Assembly (NCBI GenBank): GCA_027623675.1 | Contig: JAQBVF010000027.1 | Span: 1 to 47,793, forward strand | DNA: 47,793 nt | Origin: Chloroflexota bacterium | GTDB lineage: Bacteria; Chloroflexota; Dehalococcoidia; Lucifugimonadales; UBA3495 | Direction: 5' to 3' | In this document: positions 27,726-38,237 of the stretch, piece after piece | Position numbering within the stretch: the stretch's first letter is position 1 | Layout: each line of letters opens with the position of its first letter | Position numbers and translations under genes: made by a program | The notes under the pieces: generated by a model | Databases searched by the model: none | What the model was told of the DNA's origin: nothing | Seen by the model: only the letters and a program-made list of their open reading frames with translations

Positions 27726-29267
27726 ATGAAATACGACCACATCGTGGTTGGCGGCGGCACTGCCGGTTGCATCCTGGCCACCAGGCTATCGGAAGACCCG
27801 GCCCGGTCGGTCCTGTTGCTGGAAGCGGGACCGGAATACCCGGACTTTGAGCGGTTGCCCGACTCATTGAAATACGGCTGGGGAATGTTGAATCTGGAAG
27901 CGCGGAAAGCGGGCGGACCCTTCAACTGGTCGTTCACGGGGACAGCCACGCCCCAGCAGGCGGCGCCAATGCCGGTGCCGCGGGGCAAGGCGATGGGTGG
28001 GACCAGTGCGATCAATGGCCAAACATTCATCCGAGGGGCGCCCGAGGACTTCGACACCTGGGCAGCCATGGGCAATGAAGGCTGGTCCTATGTGGAGTGC
28101 CTGCCATTCTTCCGCAAGCTTGAAAGCGACGAGGATTATTCGGGAGATTTCCACGGCAGCGACGGGCCCGTGCCGGTGCGGCGTCACCACCGGGAGACCT
28201 GGCCGCCGGCCCAAGAGGCGTTCTATCAAGCCTGCATCGCGGCCGGGCATCGATATATTCCGGACATCCACGAGCCAGATTCCACCGGAATCAGCCTCCG
28301 GGCCGAGAACAACGTCGAAGGCGTGCGGATGAGCATGGCCCTGGCATACCTAGACCCCAATCGGCACCGGCTCAACCTGACCGTCAAGGCCGGGGTGCAG
28401 GCATTGAGAGTCCTTTTCTCCGGCAACCGGGCCACGGGCCTGGAAGTGGAGAGCGGCGGCGAGCGCTTCGTCATCGAGGGCGATGAGATTATCCTATGCT
28501 CGGGAGCGGTGGGTTCGCCCCAGATCTTGATGCTTTCCGGCATCGGCCCCGCCGGCCATCTGGCGGAACTCGGGATCCCGGTGGTGGCCGACTCTCCCGG
28601 TGTGGGTCAGAACATGCGCGACCACCCCAACGTCACCGTCAAGTTCACGGTGCAAGAGGGCACCTACGACGACCCCAATGGGATGAGGGCGCTTCGCCTA
28701 CGGTTCACCGCCACGGGCTCAGATACGCCCAATGACATGATCCTATCTCCGGCGTCGATGAACACGGTGATCGCGGAGGGAGAAAACCCCAGCCACACCA
28801 TAAACTGTGGCCTGTACCTGGCGGCAGGCAAGGGCGAGCTTCGCCTTACGTCGGCCGATCCCCACGCCCACCCCAGCATGAACTACCACTATCTGGAAGA
28901 ACCCTGGGACCGGGAGCGGCTGCGGGAGGCGGTCCGAAAGTGCGTCGACCTCCTGAAAGACCCAGCGTACGCCCAGATCATTGGGGAACGGACCGCACCG
29001 CTGGATTCCGACCTCGTTTCAGATCAGACGCTGGACGACTGGATGCTCCGAAACGTGAGCTCGTCTTTCCACATTTCCGGCACCTGCAAGATGGGGCCGG
29101 ACGATGACAACGAGGCCGTGGTCGACCGGCGTTTGAAGGTGCGCGGCGTCGAGGGACTGCGGGTGGTGGACGCATCGGTGATGCCGGATGTTGTCCGCGC
29201 CAACACCAACGTCACGACCATGATGATCGCCGAGCGGGCTGCGGAGTTCATCCGCAACGGACAGTAG
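27726..29267 (+). CDS. GMC family oxidoreductase (choline dehydrogenase/MftG-like)
   Basis: True start MKYDHIVVGGGTAG at 27726. RGKAMGGTSAING, SPQILMLSGIGP, HISGTCKMG, RANTN (His/Asn pair). Confidence 0.93.
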   Translation: MKYDHIVVGGGTAGCILATRLSEDPARSVLLLEAGPEYPDFERLPDSLKYGWGMLNLEARKAGGPFNWSFTGTATPQQAAPMPVPRGKAMGGTSAINGQTFIRGAPEDFDTWAAMGNEGWSYVECLPFFRKLESDEDYSGDFHGSDGPVPVRRHHRETWPPAQEAFYQACIAAGHRYIPDIHEPDSTGISLRAENNVEGVRMSMALAYLDPNRHRLNLTVKAGVQALRVLFSGNRATGLEVESGGERFVIEGDEIILCSGAVGSPQILMLSGIGPAGHLAELGIPVVADSPGVGQNMRDHPNVTVKFTVQEGTYDDPNGMRALRLRFTATGSDTPNDMILSPASMNTVIAEGENPSHTINCGLYLAAGKGELRLTSADPHAHPSMNYHYLEEPWDRERLREAVRKCVDLLKDPAYAQIIGERTAPLDSDLVSDQTLDDWMLRNVSSSFHISGTCKMGPDDDNEAVVDRRLKVRGVEGLRVVDASVMPDVVRANTNVTTMMIAERAAEFIRNGQ

Positions 29268-29498
29268 GAACTGGGCCTCGGCCCATCGAGATGCGCACCG
29301 GTGGAACGCGAAATTAGCCCAAGCAGCCGCAAGGGATAGACCGAGTTGACCGGCGTGGCGTTGGAATCCTAGACTGGAACCGCTCGCGACCGCCTTGGCA
29401 GATTCCGGGGCAGATACCCGGGCACCCATCCGGGCGTATATCCGGCTTTCTTGGATTTCTCGTTATCATCTCGACATCCGCGACCGAAACGGCCTAAT

Positions 29499-32159
29499 AT
29501 GGCCGCTGATTCCCAGGTCACCCTCAAGATCACCTCTTTCTTGGAGGCGAAATCCGGCTGGTTGATACTCTTCACCATCCTTCTGACCGTGGCATTGGCT
29601 GTGCCCATGATTGTCATGACCCCGGAACAAGACGCGTCTGACAATCCGGGCGGCCCGGTGTTCGACCTTCAGGACATCGTGGACCGAGAACTTCCGCGCC
29701 GGATATTCACCCCCTTCTACATGGTGGAAGCCCGGGATGGTGACATACTTACCCGGCAGCCGCTGTTGGAACTGCTGCGGAATTCCCAGAAGTTGAGGGA
29801 GGCGGACGCTGCAGGCGAACTCAACCCGCCAGACCTGCCCAATCAGCCGTACCTGTACAACGGCTTCGACGCCGACCGGCAGCAACCGGTATTCGGCATC
29901 TTCACCTTTGCCGACGCGGTGCTGGAGGCATTGGCCGCCCACCCCCTTCTGAACACCGATCTGGACCGGGCGACCGAAGACCAGGTCAAGATTGCAGTGA
30001 GCGCTGTTTTAAGCGACCCCCGCACCGACTGGCTGAATGACCAGCTGTCTCAACAGAGATCGGTGGAACGCCGCACCGTCCTCGGCCAGGAGATTGATTA
30101 TTGGACGGCGCCCGCCTACGCCTTCGGCGTTTTCGCCGACAACGAACTTCTGGGCGGCGGTGGCATGAGCATCGGCGCCACCAGCGACCCAACAACCACG
30201 GGCAAGGAGCATTTCAGCCGAAAAGTCCAAACGATATTGCGCGGCGAACAGATCAACTATCAACTGTGGGGCGTGGCCATCGACGCCAGCCTGGAGATCG
30301 CCGACGAAGTGAACACCGCCGTCCCATTCATCATGGCCACGGTGATAGCCGTGCTCATCGTTGTTGGAATCGCCCTGCGCTCTGGGATGTTGGTACTTCT
30401 CACCGCCGTGGGTCTGATTTCCATGATCGTCTGGCTCAAGGGGCTTTCCAACCTGGTGGGACTGAACTCATCGACCACTCTGGACTTCATCGTGCCGATC
30501 GCCATGATTTCCCTGGGGGCCGACTTCGTGATCCACGCCGTAAACCGCTACCGGCAGGAGCGCCGGCTGGGCCTGGACCCGCGGAGCGCGTTTCGCGTCG
30601 GCATCGCTGGCGTTTTGACCGCGCTGACGCTGGCATTCTTGACTGACTCCATAGCCTTTCTATCAAACGCATCGGCGAACATCGAAACCGTGATCGGTTT
30701 TGGCATCGGCGCGGCGCTGGCCACCTTGGCGGCTTTCGTGATCCTGGGTCTGGTGGTCCCGGTGACCTACATGAGGTTTGAAGCCTGGCGGTCCCGGCGG
30801 GACCCGGCTTCGTCTACACCTGTGATGGACGCCGGCGAAAAGAGCGAGGAGCGGGAGCGTTCCCGCATGGTGACCCCTCTCCTTCTTTTGGCGACCAAGT
30901 GTTATCTGGTGCTGGCAGTCGCGGCTGCGGTCACCGCCGTTGCGGGGTTCTACGCCACCAGGCTGGAGGCCACTTTCGACGTCAAAGACTTTTTCAAGAG
31001 CGACTCCGACTTCGTAGTCGGCCTGGACAAGGTGGATGAACATCTTGCCGAAACCGCGGGCGAACCGGCCATCGTTTACGTGCGGGGCGACCTTGCAGAC
31101 CCGCGGGCCCTGGACGCGCTTGAAGCGTTCAGGGTGTCATTGGTATCGGACCCCAACGTGGCCAAGAACAACTACGGTGAGGTAACCCTGCAGGCGAGGC
31201 CGCTCTTTGCGGTGATCGGCCACGTTATGGACTCGGATTACGCCCGGGCAAAGATCGAGGAGGCTTCGGGGGTTTCCCTGGAACCGGGCCCAACCGCGCG
31301 CACGGCCTCATATGCCGGGAAGACCTACACCTGGCCCGGATCAAGGGACCAGATCACGGCCATCTATGACTACATCGCCGTGAACGGGGTGCCGCAGGGT
31401 CCGGACCAGAACATCTACGACTACCTGGAAGTGGGCGAGACGTTGTCTCACGATCCGTCGGGAGCGGAGGAAGATTCAACTGTTTTCATATTCGGGGTAC
31501 CGGGAACCCGGGAACAGACCAACGTGATCGAATCCCGTAAGACCTTCTCCGCCGCGATCGCGTCATTGGAGGAAAACCCGGCGATCTCGTTCGCCGGTCT
31601 CACCGGGTCGCCTTACACCCGGCAAGCCTCATTGGATGCCACCACCAACGGTCTGCAACGGGCCTTTCCCATCGCTCTAGTAGCCTGTTTGGCCTTAGTG
31701 ATCGTGGCCATGAGATCGGTCCGGTTTGGGCTGGTCACCATCCTGCCCATAGCGCTGGTGGTCGCCTGGCTCTACGCAGTCATGAATATCTTTGGGTTTG
31801 GCCTAAATTTCATCACCGCCACCATCGCGGCCATATCCATCGGAGTGGGTATCGACTACTCGGTGCACTTCACCGAGCGGTTCCGGCAAGAATTGCGCGT
31901 CACCGGGAAGCGTGACCAGGCCATGCGCCGGACTATCACCGGCACCGGTGCGGCGCTGATTGCTTCGGCGGCCACCAGCGTCATCGGCTTTGTGGTCATG
32001 GCGTTCGCGCCCATGCCCATGTTCGCCGCCTACGGCATCCTAACCGCCATAATGATCTTCCTGGCTGCCGTGGCCGCCCTGTTGGTGCTGCCTTCGCTGT
32101 TGTACCTGGTGACTCCGGCTGGCGACGCCGATGGCCGCCAAGCCCGGGCCGACGCTTAG
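29499..32159 (+). CDS. MMPL/RND superfamily membrane transporter
   Basis: Twice-repeated architecture of 1 TM, large loop, 5 TM, with SLGADFVIH and GVGIDYSVH motifs; SAATSVIGF. Confidence 0.88.
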   Translation: MAADSQVTLKITSFLEAKSGWLILFTILLTVALAVPMIVMTPEQDASDNPGGPVFDLQDIVDRELPRRIFTPFYMVEARDGDILTRQPLLELLRNSQKLREADAAGELNPPDLPNQPYLYNGFDADRQQPVFGIFTFADAVLEALAAHPLLNTDLDRATEDQVKIAVSAVLSDPRTDWLNDQLSQQRSVERRTVLGQEIDYWTAPAYAFGVFADNELLGGGGMSIGATSDPTTTGKEHFSRKVQTILRGEQINYQLWGVAIDASLEIADEVNTAVPFIMATVIAVLIVVGIALRSGMLVLLTAVGLISMIVWLKGLSNLVGLNSSTTLDFIVPIAMISLGADFVIHAVNRYRQERRLGLDPRSAFRVGIAGVLTALTLAFLTDSIAFLSNASANIETVIGFGIGAALATLAAFVILGLVVPVTYMRFEAWRSRRDPASSTPVMDAGEKSEERERSRMVTPLLLLATKCYLVLAVAAAVTAVAGFYATRLEATFDVKDFFKSDSDFVVGLDKVDEHLAETAGEPAIVYVRGDLADPRALDALEAFRVSLVSDPNVAKNNYGEVTLQARPLFAVIGHVMDSDYARAKIEEASGVSLEPGPTARTASYAGKTYTWPGSRDQITAIYDYIAVNGVPQGPDQNIYDYLEVGETLSHDPSGAEEDSTVFIFGVPGTREQTNVIESRKTFSAAIASLEENPAISFAGLTGSPYTRQASLDATTNGLQRAFPIALVACLALVIVAMRSVRFGLVTILPIALVVAWLYAVMNIFGFGLNFITATIAAISIGVGIDYSVHFTERFRQELRVTGKRDQAMRRTITGTGAALIASAATSVIGFVVMAFAPMPMFAAYGILTAIMIFLAAVAALLVLPSLLYLVTPAGDADGRQARADA

Positions 32160-32186
32160 ATATCGGATGGGGCCTGCCCGTCCGGT

Positions 32187-32918
32187 CTAGGGACGCCTCA
32201 CCGTGACGGCAGCTAGGGTCAGAAGAACCGCGGCGAATCCGGCCAACACTCCCAGATCCGTTGCCACGTCCGCCAAGGACTGCCCGCGAAGCATTATGTC
32301 TTGAAGCGCCTCCACGGCGTAGGTCAGCGGCAGCAGCCTGGCGATAATCTCGAGATAGCGCGGCATGTCTTCGATGGGTAGAAAGATGCCTGATAGAAAG
32401 ATCTGAGGCACGAACACCATGGGAATAAACTGGACCACTTGGAACTCGTTGCTGGCGAACGTGGAAACAAAGACCCCCAGGCTGACCGATACAACGGTGA
32501 GCATGGACAGCAGCACGAATATCTGCCAAAGATCACCCTGGTAGTTGATCTGCAGCGCGATCACGGTGAACATCAGCACCACCACCGTCTGGATGGTGGC
32601 AAACAGCAGGAACCCCAATAGATACCCAAGCAGTATGTCCCAACGGCCCACCGGGGTCGTCATCAGGCGCTCCAGCGTTCCCTGCGCGCGCTCCCTCAAG
32701 AAGCTGACGCCGGTCAAGATGAAGGTGAAGAATAGGGCGAAGACGGCGAGCAGGGCCGGCGCCACCCGGTCCAACACTTCCCGCTGATCAGTGAAGGTGA
32801 AACCCACCAGGGCCATGACCACGATTGGCGCCACCAAGATCAAGGCCAACGACCGGCGGTCGCGGAGCATCTGCTGGATGATGCGGTTGGCGATCGCGGT
32901 AGTCCTTCCGGGTGACAT
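32187..32918 (-). CDS. ABC-2 type transporter permease
   Basis: LRDRRSLAL, LRERAQGTLERLMTTP, PQIFLSG, LPLTYAVEAL. Confidence 0.92.
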   Translation of the reverse strand: MSPGRTTAIANRIIQQMLRDRRSLALILVAPIVVMALVGFTFTDQREVLDRVAPALLAVFALFFTFILTGVSFLRERAQGTLERLMTTPVGRWDILLGYLLGFLLFATIQTVVVLMFTVIALQINYQGDLWQIFVLLSMLTVVSVSLGVFVSTFASNEFQVVQFIPMVFVPQIFLSGIFLPIEDMPRYLEIIARLLPLTYAVEALQDIMLRGQSLADVATDLGVLAGFAAVLLTLAAVTVRRP

Positions 32919-32920
32919 GG

Positions 32921-33691
32921 TTACTGTCCCAACCGCACGAAGTGTAGAAAGGCGTCTTCAAGCGATGCGCCGGCGATGCCGGCCGCGGAACTCAACTCAG
33001 ATGGGCTGCCCTCGGCGATCACCCTACCTTCTTGAAGAAAGGCCAACCGATGGCAATGGGCCGCGTCGTCCATGGTGTGGCTCGACAGCACCAAGGTGAC
33101 GCCTGACGCCGCGAGACTCCGGAAATGGTCCCAAAACGAGGCTCTCAACTCCGGGTCCAGCCCAACTGTAGGCTCATCCAAGATCAACAACAATGGTTGG
33201 TGGACCATGGCGATGGCCAGGCTTACCCTCTGCCGCATGCCCCCGCTAAGACTGAGCACGGCGTCTTTCCGGCGTTCCCAAAGCCCGACCAGATCAAGGA
33301 CCGCTTCTTCTGCTTCCCGGCGTTCTTTGGCGTTGGACAGGCCGAACATCCGGGCGAAGAAGTCCACGTTTTGTTCCGCGGACAGTTCCAGATAGAGGGC
33401 GTTAAGCTGGGGCATGTAGCCGATATTTCGGGCGGTACGGGACGAAGGCTTTTCTCCAAAGACCGTAAGTTGGCCGCCATCGGTTTTGAGCAGACCGGCC
33501 ATGAGGCGGATCAACGTGGTCTTGCCGGCCCCGTTCGCACCCAAGATGCCATAGATCTCGCCCTTTGGGATGTGCATGGACACGCCGTTGAGCACCTGGC
33601 GCTGGCCGTAACTGAACACAACATCGGTAGCGTCAACCACGAAGCTTGCAGCAACGTTCTCTTTGTCTCGATCAACCGAAGGCAGTGCCAT
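32921..33691 (-). CDS. ABC transporter ATP-binding protein
   Basis: Walker A GANGAGKT, signature LSGGM, Walker B LILDEPT, H-loop SSH. Confidence 0.94.
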   Translation of the reverse strand: MALPSVDRDKENVAASFVVDATDVVFSYGQRQVLNGVSMHIPKGEIYGILGANGAGKTTLIRLMAGLLKTDGGQLTVFGEKPSSRTARNIGYMPQLNALYLELSAEQNVDFFARMFGLSNAKERREAEEAVLDLVGLWERRKDAVLSLSGGMRQRVSLAIAMVHQPLLLILDEPTVGLDPELRASFWDHFRSLAASGVTLVLSSHTMDDAAHCHRLAFLQEGRVIAEGSPSELSSAAGIAGASLEDAFLHFVRLGQ

Positions 33692-33899
33692 CAGCCCCCA
33701 CTCTGATCAAATATGACCATCTAGAATCGACCGCTCTGTTTGATTATATCGTCATCACTCGACCTTAGCCTTGAACCTGGGCTAACCCGACGTCGAAAGA
33801 GTAAACGGTTCAGGCGGAAAGACAGCAGGGAAAGGCGCTTGAGATTCCCGCATTACACACCTCGTGAGGAGTATATTAAGTGCCCTACAAACGATTCAT

Positions 33900-33958
33900 C
33901 CGCGGACGTCATCGTGCTTTTTTACCGGTGGGAAAGAAGTGCGTGATGCGTCCTGCGG
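33900..33958 (+). promoter_or_regulatory. Long imperfect hairpin in the 5' leader of the hydrolase gene
   Basis: CCGC-GGACG-TCA-T-CGTGCTTTTTT pairs with AAAGAAGTGCG-TGA-TG-CGTCC-T-GCGG using G-U wobbles, and ends about 9 nt before the SD GGAGG. Confidence 0.5.
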
Positions 33959-33981
33959 CTCGCTTATGGAGGAAGGTCGAT

Positions 33982-34737
33982 ATGCCGATCTATGAAAGAG
34001 GACCCGTCCGGATCCAATACGAGGAGGTAGGCTCGGGATTCCCGTTGCTGATCATTCCGGGGGGCGGACTAAATTCCACCCTGTCTTCGTTGCAGACATC
34101 GGTGCCCTTCAACCCGATGGAAACCTACAAAGACGACTTCCGCTGCATCAGCGCCGACCTGCGCAACGCCGCCGCCGGCCGGTCCAGCGGACCGCTGGAG
34201 ATAGACCGCCCGTGGGACGCCTATTCCGATGACCACCTGGGGCTGATGAACCACCTGGGCATCCGAGAGTTCCTGGTCATGGGGTTCTGTATCGGCGGGC
34301 CGATGATCCACAACCTGCTCCGGCTGGCCCCGGACCGGGTCGTCGCGGCAGCGCTGATGCAGCCCAGTGGATTCAACCCTGCCTATCCCGATCTCTTCTA
34401 CCAGAACAACATAAAGGGCTGGGGGCCGCCGCTTTGCGAGAAGCGCCCTGAAGTCACCATGGAGATGGTCCATGATTTCCTCACCAACATGTATACCGAC
34501 CGGGCCGACTTTGTATTCACCGCCACACGCGATTTCGTGCGCTCGGTGCAAACGCCGTTGCTGATCGCGCCCGACGACGTGCCGGCGCACCCGTACGATG
34601 CCGCGATGGAAGTCGCCAACCTCGCACCGAACTCAGAAGTGACGATCTATCCGTGGAAAGATTCGCAGGCCCACATCGACGAAGTAGTGGACCACGCGCG
34701 GCGCTTCCTCAAGAAGCACGAGCCCGTCAGGCGGTAG
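33982..34737 (+). CDS. Alpha/beta hydrolase with a Cys nucleophile elbow
   Basis: IQYEEVGSGFPLLIIPGGG, ISADLRNA..GRS, GFCIGG, TPLLI.PDD.PAH. SD GGAGG before ATG 33982. Confidence 0.87.
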   Translation: MPIYERGPVRIQYEEVGSGFPLLIIPGGGLNSTLSSLQTSVPFNPMETYKDDFRCISADLRNAAAGRSSGPLEIDRPWDAYSDDHLGLMNHLGIREFLVMGFCIGGPMIHNLLRLAPDRVVAAALMQPSGFNPAYPDLFYQNNIKGWGPPLCEKRPEVTMEMVHDFLTNMYTDRADFVFTATRDFVRSVQTPLLIAPDDVPAHPYDAAMEVANLAPNSEVTIYPWKDSQAHIDEVVDHARRFLKKHEPVRR

Positions 34738-34845
34738 GGGCGAACGGGCTTCATCTGCCGGGGCTGGTTGCGGACCGGTTATTTGGTTCACGCCAGCCTC
34801 GGCGCGCCTCAGGGGTTACGCTACGGCACGTAGGATTATTATGCG

Positions 34846-36009
34846 TTATGCCGGTGCGTAGAGCCGGTTCAAGTTGGCGTAGCGGGCCGGGTCCAAGTCC
34901 TTGCCGTCAAGTGACGGGTGGTCCGGGCCATAGCGATGGGCGCGGAACACCGCGTTTCCAGAGATGGAGGCGGAACCGCCGCCGTGTTCGCCGCTCATGC
35001 CGGCGAAGGGATTGATGTACTCCCAGACGATGTCATGGCTGGGCGTGACCTCAAAGATTCGGCCAGGGGCGCCTTCGCAGATAAGTGTGTTGCCATTGGG
35101 CAGTCTTTCGGCGCCGCTGATGTGGTAGCTGAAGAACGATATCGGCGGGTTGCCTCGGTACTCCCAAGCGATCTGGTTATCGCTCGGATCAACCTCAATG
35201 ACCCGCGAGTGGCTCATGCCCTGGCGGTGGGGACCGTTATCGAACAACAAGACGTTTCCGTTGTCCAGATGGGTCGGGTTGTGCTGATGAGAGATCTCAC
35301 CGGGGCCCCACTTCCAACGGAATTCCCCGCTGGTCCTATCAACTATGCCGACCGTACTGGTCTGACGAAAACTAACCAATAGGTCTCCTTCCGTAGTCAC
35401 GTTCAAGCAATTCTGATGGGTCCACTCCAACCGCCCCTCCAGCGGGCATATCATGTCCTCTTCCAGGCTCAGGTGCTCCCAGGACCGCCACTCATTGACG
35501 GTCTCGCCACTCGGCGTAACCTCTCGCACCACGTCGCCCAGCATCTGGCCTCTAGTCGTGCCGGCATCGAATCCGCCGCGCACCTGTGAGGCTAGCTCTT
35601 CGGGGAGCGCCTCCCACACCAAGACCAAAGTGTTCCCGTTGGACAGGCGTTCAAAATCGTGGTGCAGCAAAGGATCACGGTAGGCCCAGACCACGTTGCT
35701 GTCCCAGTCTAATTCCAGGATCGCCCCCGCTGCCGTTCGCCCGCCCCTGGGCAGAAGATCCCGCTCCGGGCGGTCTAAGAAAGATACTTCCTGCGATGCC
35801 GGGCCGGTCCGAAGCAGCAGGTGGCCGTTGGGCAAAAGGTAGCTGTAGTGGATCCCCTCGTCAGACCGCCACGTATGGCACACACGGCCTTCCATATCGA
35901 CCAGATTGGTGTGATGGCCGCCGAGGTTGCTGATCAGGGTGTAGCCCCGATAGCTGCTTTGCGGGGAATAATGGATCAAACCGGTTGGATGATGTGTGGA
36001 CCAGCCCAT
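34846..36009 (-). CDS. Aryl-sulfate sulfotransferase (ASST) family beta-propeller
   Basis: LHHDFERLSNGNTL, WTHQNC, HQHNP..L.NGNVLLFDNG, SGAERLPNGNTLICEG, VWEYINP, VFRAHRY. Confidence 0.85.
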   Translation of the reverse strand: MGWSTHHPTGLIHYSPQSSYRGYTLISNLGGHHTNLVDMEGRVCHTWRSDEGIHYSYLLPNGHLLLRTGPASQEVSFLDRPERDLLPRGGRTAAGAILELDWDSNVVWAYRDPLLHHDFERLSNGNTLVLVWEALPEELASQVRGGFDAGTTRGQMLGDVVREVTPSGETVNEWRSWEHLSLEEDMICPLEGRLEWTHQNCLNVTTEGDLLVSFRQTSTVGIVDRTSGEFRWKWGPGEISHQHNPTHLDNGNVLLFDNGPHRQGMSHSRVIEVDPSDNQIAWEYRGNPPISFFSYHISGAERLPNGNTLICEGAPGRIFEVTPSHDIVWEYINPFAGMSGEHGGGSASISGNAVFRAHRYGPDHPSLDGKDLDPARYANLNRLYAPA

Positions 36010-36152
36010 GGCGGCATTGTGCTCCCTTAACTAAATCTGGACCGTCGATTCGCGGAAATATCTTGGACCCGCCTTAGCTTATAATATCTCGGCCTGAAGG
36101 TGAACGATTAATCGCCTGATCGGCCCAGTCTTTTAGGAAGGAACGAACAACG

Positions 36153-36641
36153 ATGCCACCACCGGACCGTTATAACACTGGATACAACGTCGGCGTTGGC
36201 GGAGCGGTAGTTGACGACGGCCGATCGCTGCTGGTCCGCCGGGCGTCGCGCCGAGGCCGCGGTAACTGGCAGATCCCCGGAGGGTTCGTCGAGCAAAATG
36301 AAACGATGGAGCTAGCCGTGGTGCGCGAAGTGGAGGAGGAAGCCGGTGTCACCGCCACGGTCCAGGGCGTATTGGGTATCAGGAACCGGTACGATGAAGA
36401 GGGTGGCAACAGCTTGTATGTAGTGATGCTGCTGGACCCTAAGTCCGGCGCACCCAACCCTGACATGAAAGAGGTGGACCGGGCCGAGTATTTTAGCCTG
36501 GCGGAGATCCAAGCTCTGGAGCAGATCTCGCCGGTAAATATCGAAGTGGCCCAGCGGGCGTTGGCCCAGGACCGCCGCATGTTGTGTGCCCAGACGGTCG
36601 ATCAAGGGAATCGAGGGACCTACACGTTGTTCATTGGGTGA
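36153..36641 (+). CDS. NUDIX hydrolase
   Basis: Nudix box GGFVEQNETMELAVVREVEEEAGV. Confidence 0.92.
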   Translation: MPPPDRYNTGYNVGVGGAVVDDGRSLLVRRASRRGRGNWQIPGGFVEQNETMELAVVREVEEEAGVTATVQGVLGIRNRYDEEGGNSLYVVMLLDPKSGAPNPDMKEVDRAEYFSLAEIQALEQISPVNIEVAQRALAQDRRMLCAQTVDQGNRGTYTLFIG

Positions 36642-36702
36642 GGGCTGCGCCAGCCACTATCTCACCATTACCGGAGCGCCTGCCCCTCTTCTTGCCTGCA
36701 CG

Positions 36703-38229
36703 TTAGAGTTGCATCGTCTCGTACGTCAGGTCGCCGGCCAGGCTTTCCTGCAAGAGGTCCAGCATTGGGAAATCCCACTCGGTTACAAATGTGATGGCGG
36801 TGCCTTCGCGTCCCATGCGAGCGGTTCTGCCGATCCGGTGGACATACTCTTCCAGGTTTTGGGGCATGTCATAGTTGACGACGTGGGAGACCTCCGGAAT
36901 ATCCAGGCCCCGGGCCGCCACGTTTGTCGCCACCAGCACCTTTAGGTCTCCGGCGTGAAACGACCGCATCGCAGAATTTCGTTCGGACTGTGCCAACCCG
37001 CTATGAATCCCGGCGGCTGAAATGCCTTGCCGCCGCAGCGCCTGGGCCAGATTGTCGACGCCGGCTTTCGTTCTTCGGAACGTGAGGACCTTGCCCCCAT
37101 TCACATGCGATTCCAGCAGCCGCACCAACGCACGCACCCGGTCCTGTTCCAGGACTTCGAAGTACACCTGGTGCAGGTCGGGCGATGTCTCAATGTCATT
37201 CCCTATCCGTATCCAGACCGGTGAACGCATGTGGCGGCCGACGATTCGCCGGATAAGGGACGGCATCGTGGCAGAGAATAGGGCGGTCTGCCGGTTCTTG
37301 GGAGTACGGCTCAGGATCAGTTCAATATCGGGGAGGAAGCCAATGTCCAACATCTCGTCGGCCTCGTCCAATACCACGGTGCGAACGGCATCGATCCGCA
37401 GGGTCCCTCTACGTAGGTGATCAAGCACGCGGCCGGGCGTGCCCACAACTACATGTGTCCTACGGTTAAGCGCCGCAATCTGCTTGGCGATGGGCTGTCC
37501 TCCGTAGCAAGCGACCACGCCCAAACGGCGAAACTGGGCCAGGGAGATAAGTTCATCACGGACCTGCATCGCCAGCTCTCGAGTTGGGACCAGTATCAGA
37601 CTCTGAACGAAGTCTTGGGACGGGTCTACCCGTTCCACCAGGGGAATCCCGAAAGCGGCAGTTTTGCCAGTGCCCGTATGAGCTTGGCCCACCAAATCAT
37701 TGCCGGCTAACAGCGGACCGATGCAATCAGATTGGATAGGAGTGGGTTCCTCGTAGCCGATGGATTTTAGGGCGAGGGCAACTTCGCGACTGACATTCTG
37801 AGTCCCGAACCAATACGGGCCCGCCCCATCAAGCACCGCGCCGTTGGGGGGTGCTGCCTCGTTTGGAATTGTTGCCTTTTTTGGGCCGACGTTATTGCGG
37901 CCTCGTCGATTACGTCCGTTGCCGCCCCCGGAGCCTCCCTCGGAGCCGCGGCCTGCGTTTGCCGGGCGGGGGACGACCGGAGGGGTTTGGTTAACTTGAG
38001 GAGGTTGCTCAACTTTTGGTGGAGGAGCGACAACCTCTGGTGGAGCTTGCCTGGCTTGAGGCACCGGGACGGGAGTAGTGTCTTGATCCTTACGCCAAGG
38101 ACGGCGTCGCCACCACCGTGTTGGCCGATCGGGCGGCGATTCCGTCTGTGAGGTCTGGGGCTTGGCGTTGGATGTATTGAGTACGATGCTATTTTCCTTG
38201 TTGTTTTGATTCGGGACTTGTTCAGCCAT
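36703..38229 (-). CDS. DEAD-box RNA helicase with a long disordered N-terminal extension
   Basis: Q motif GYEEPTPIQ, AHTGTGKT, PTRELA, GG, TPGR, DEAD, SAT, ARGLD, HRIGRTAR. Confidence 0.95.
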   Translation of the reverse strand: MAEQVPNQNNKENSIVLNTSNAKPQTSQTESPPDRPTRWWRRRPWRKDQDTTPVPVPQARQAPPEVVAPPPKVEQPPQVNQTPPVVPRPANAGRGSEGGSGGGNGRNRRGRNNVGPKKATIPNEAAPPNGAVLDGAGPYWFGTQNVSREVALALKSIGYEEPTPIQSDCIGPLLAGNDLVGQAHTGTGKTAAFGIPLVERVDPSQDFVQSLILVPTRELAMQVRDELISLAQFRRLGVVACYGGQPIAKQIAALNRRTHVVVGTPGRVLDHLRRGTLRIDAVRTVVLDEADEMLDIGFLPDIELILSRTPKNRQTALFSATMPSLIRRIVGRHMRSPVWIRIGNDIETSPDLHQVYFEVLEQDRVRALVRLLESHVNGGKVLTFRRTKAGVDNLAQALRRQGISAAGIHSGLAQSERNSAMRSFHAGDLKVLVATNVAARGLDIPEVSHVVNYDMPQNLEEYVHRIGRTARMGREGTAITFVTEWDFPMLDLLQESLAGDLTYETMQL

Positions 38230-38237
38230 TAAATTTC

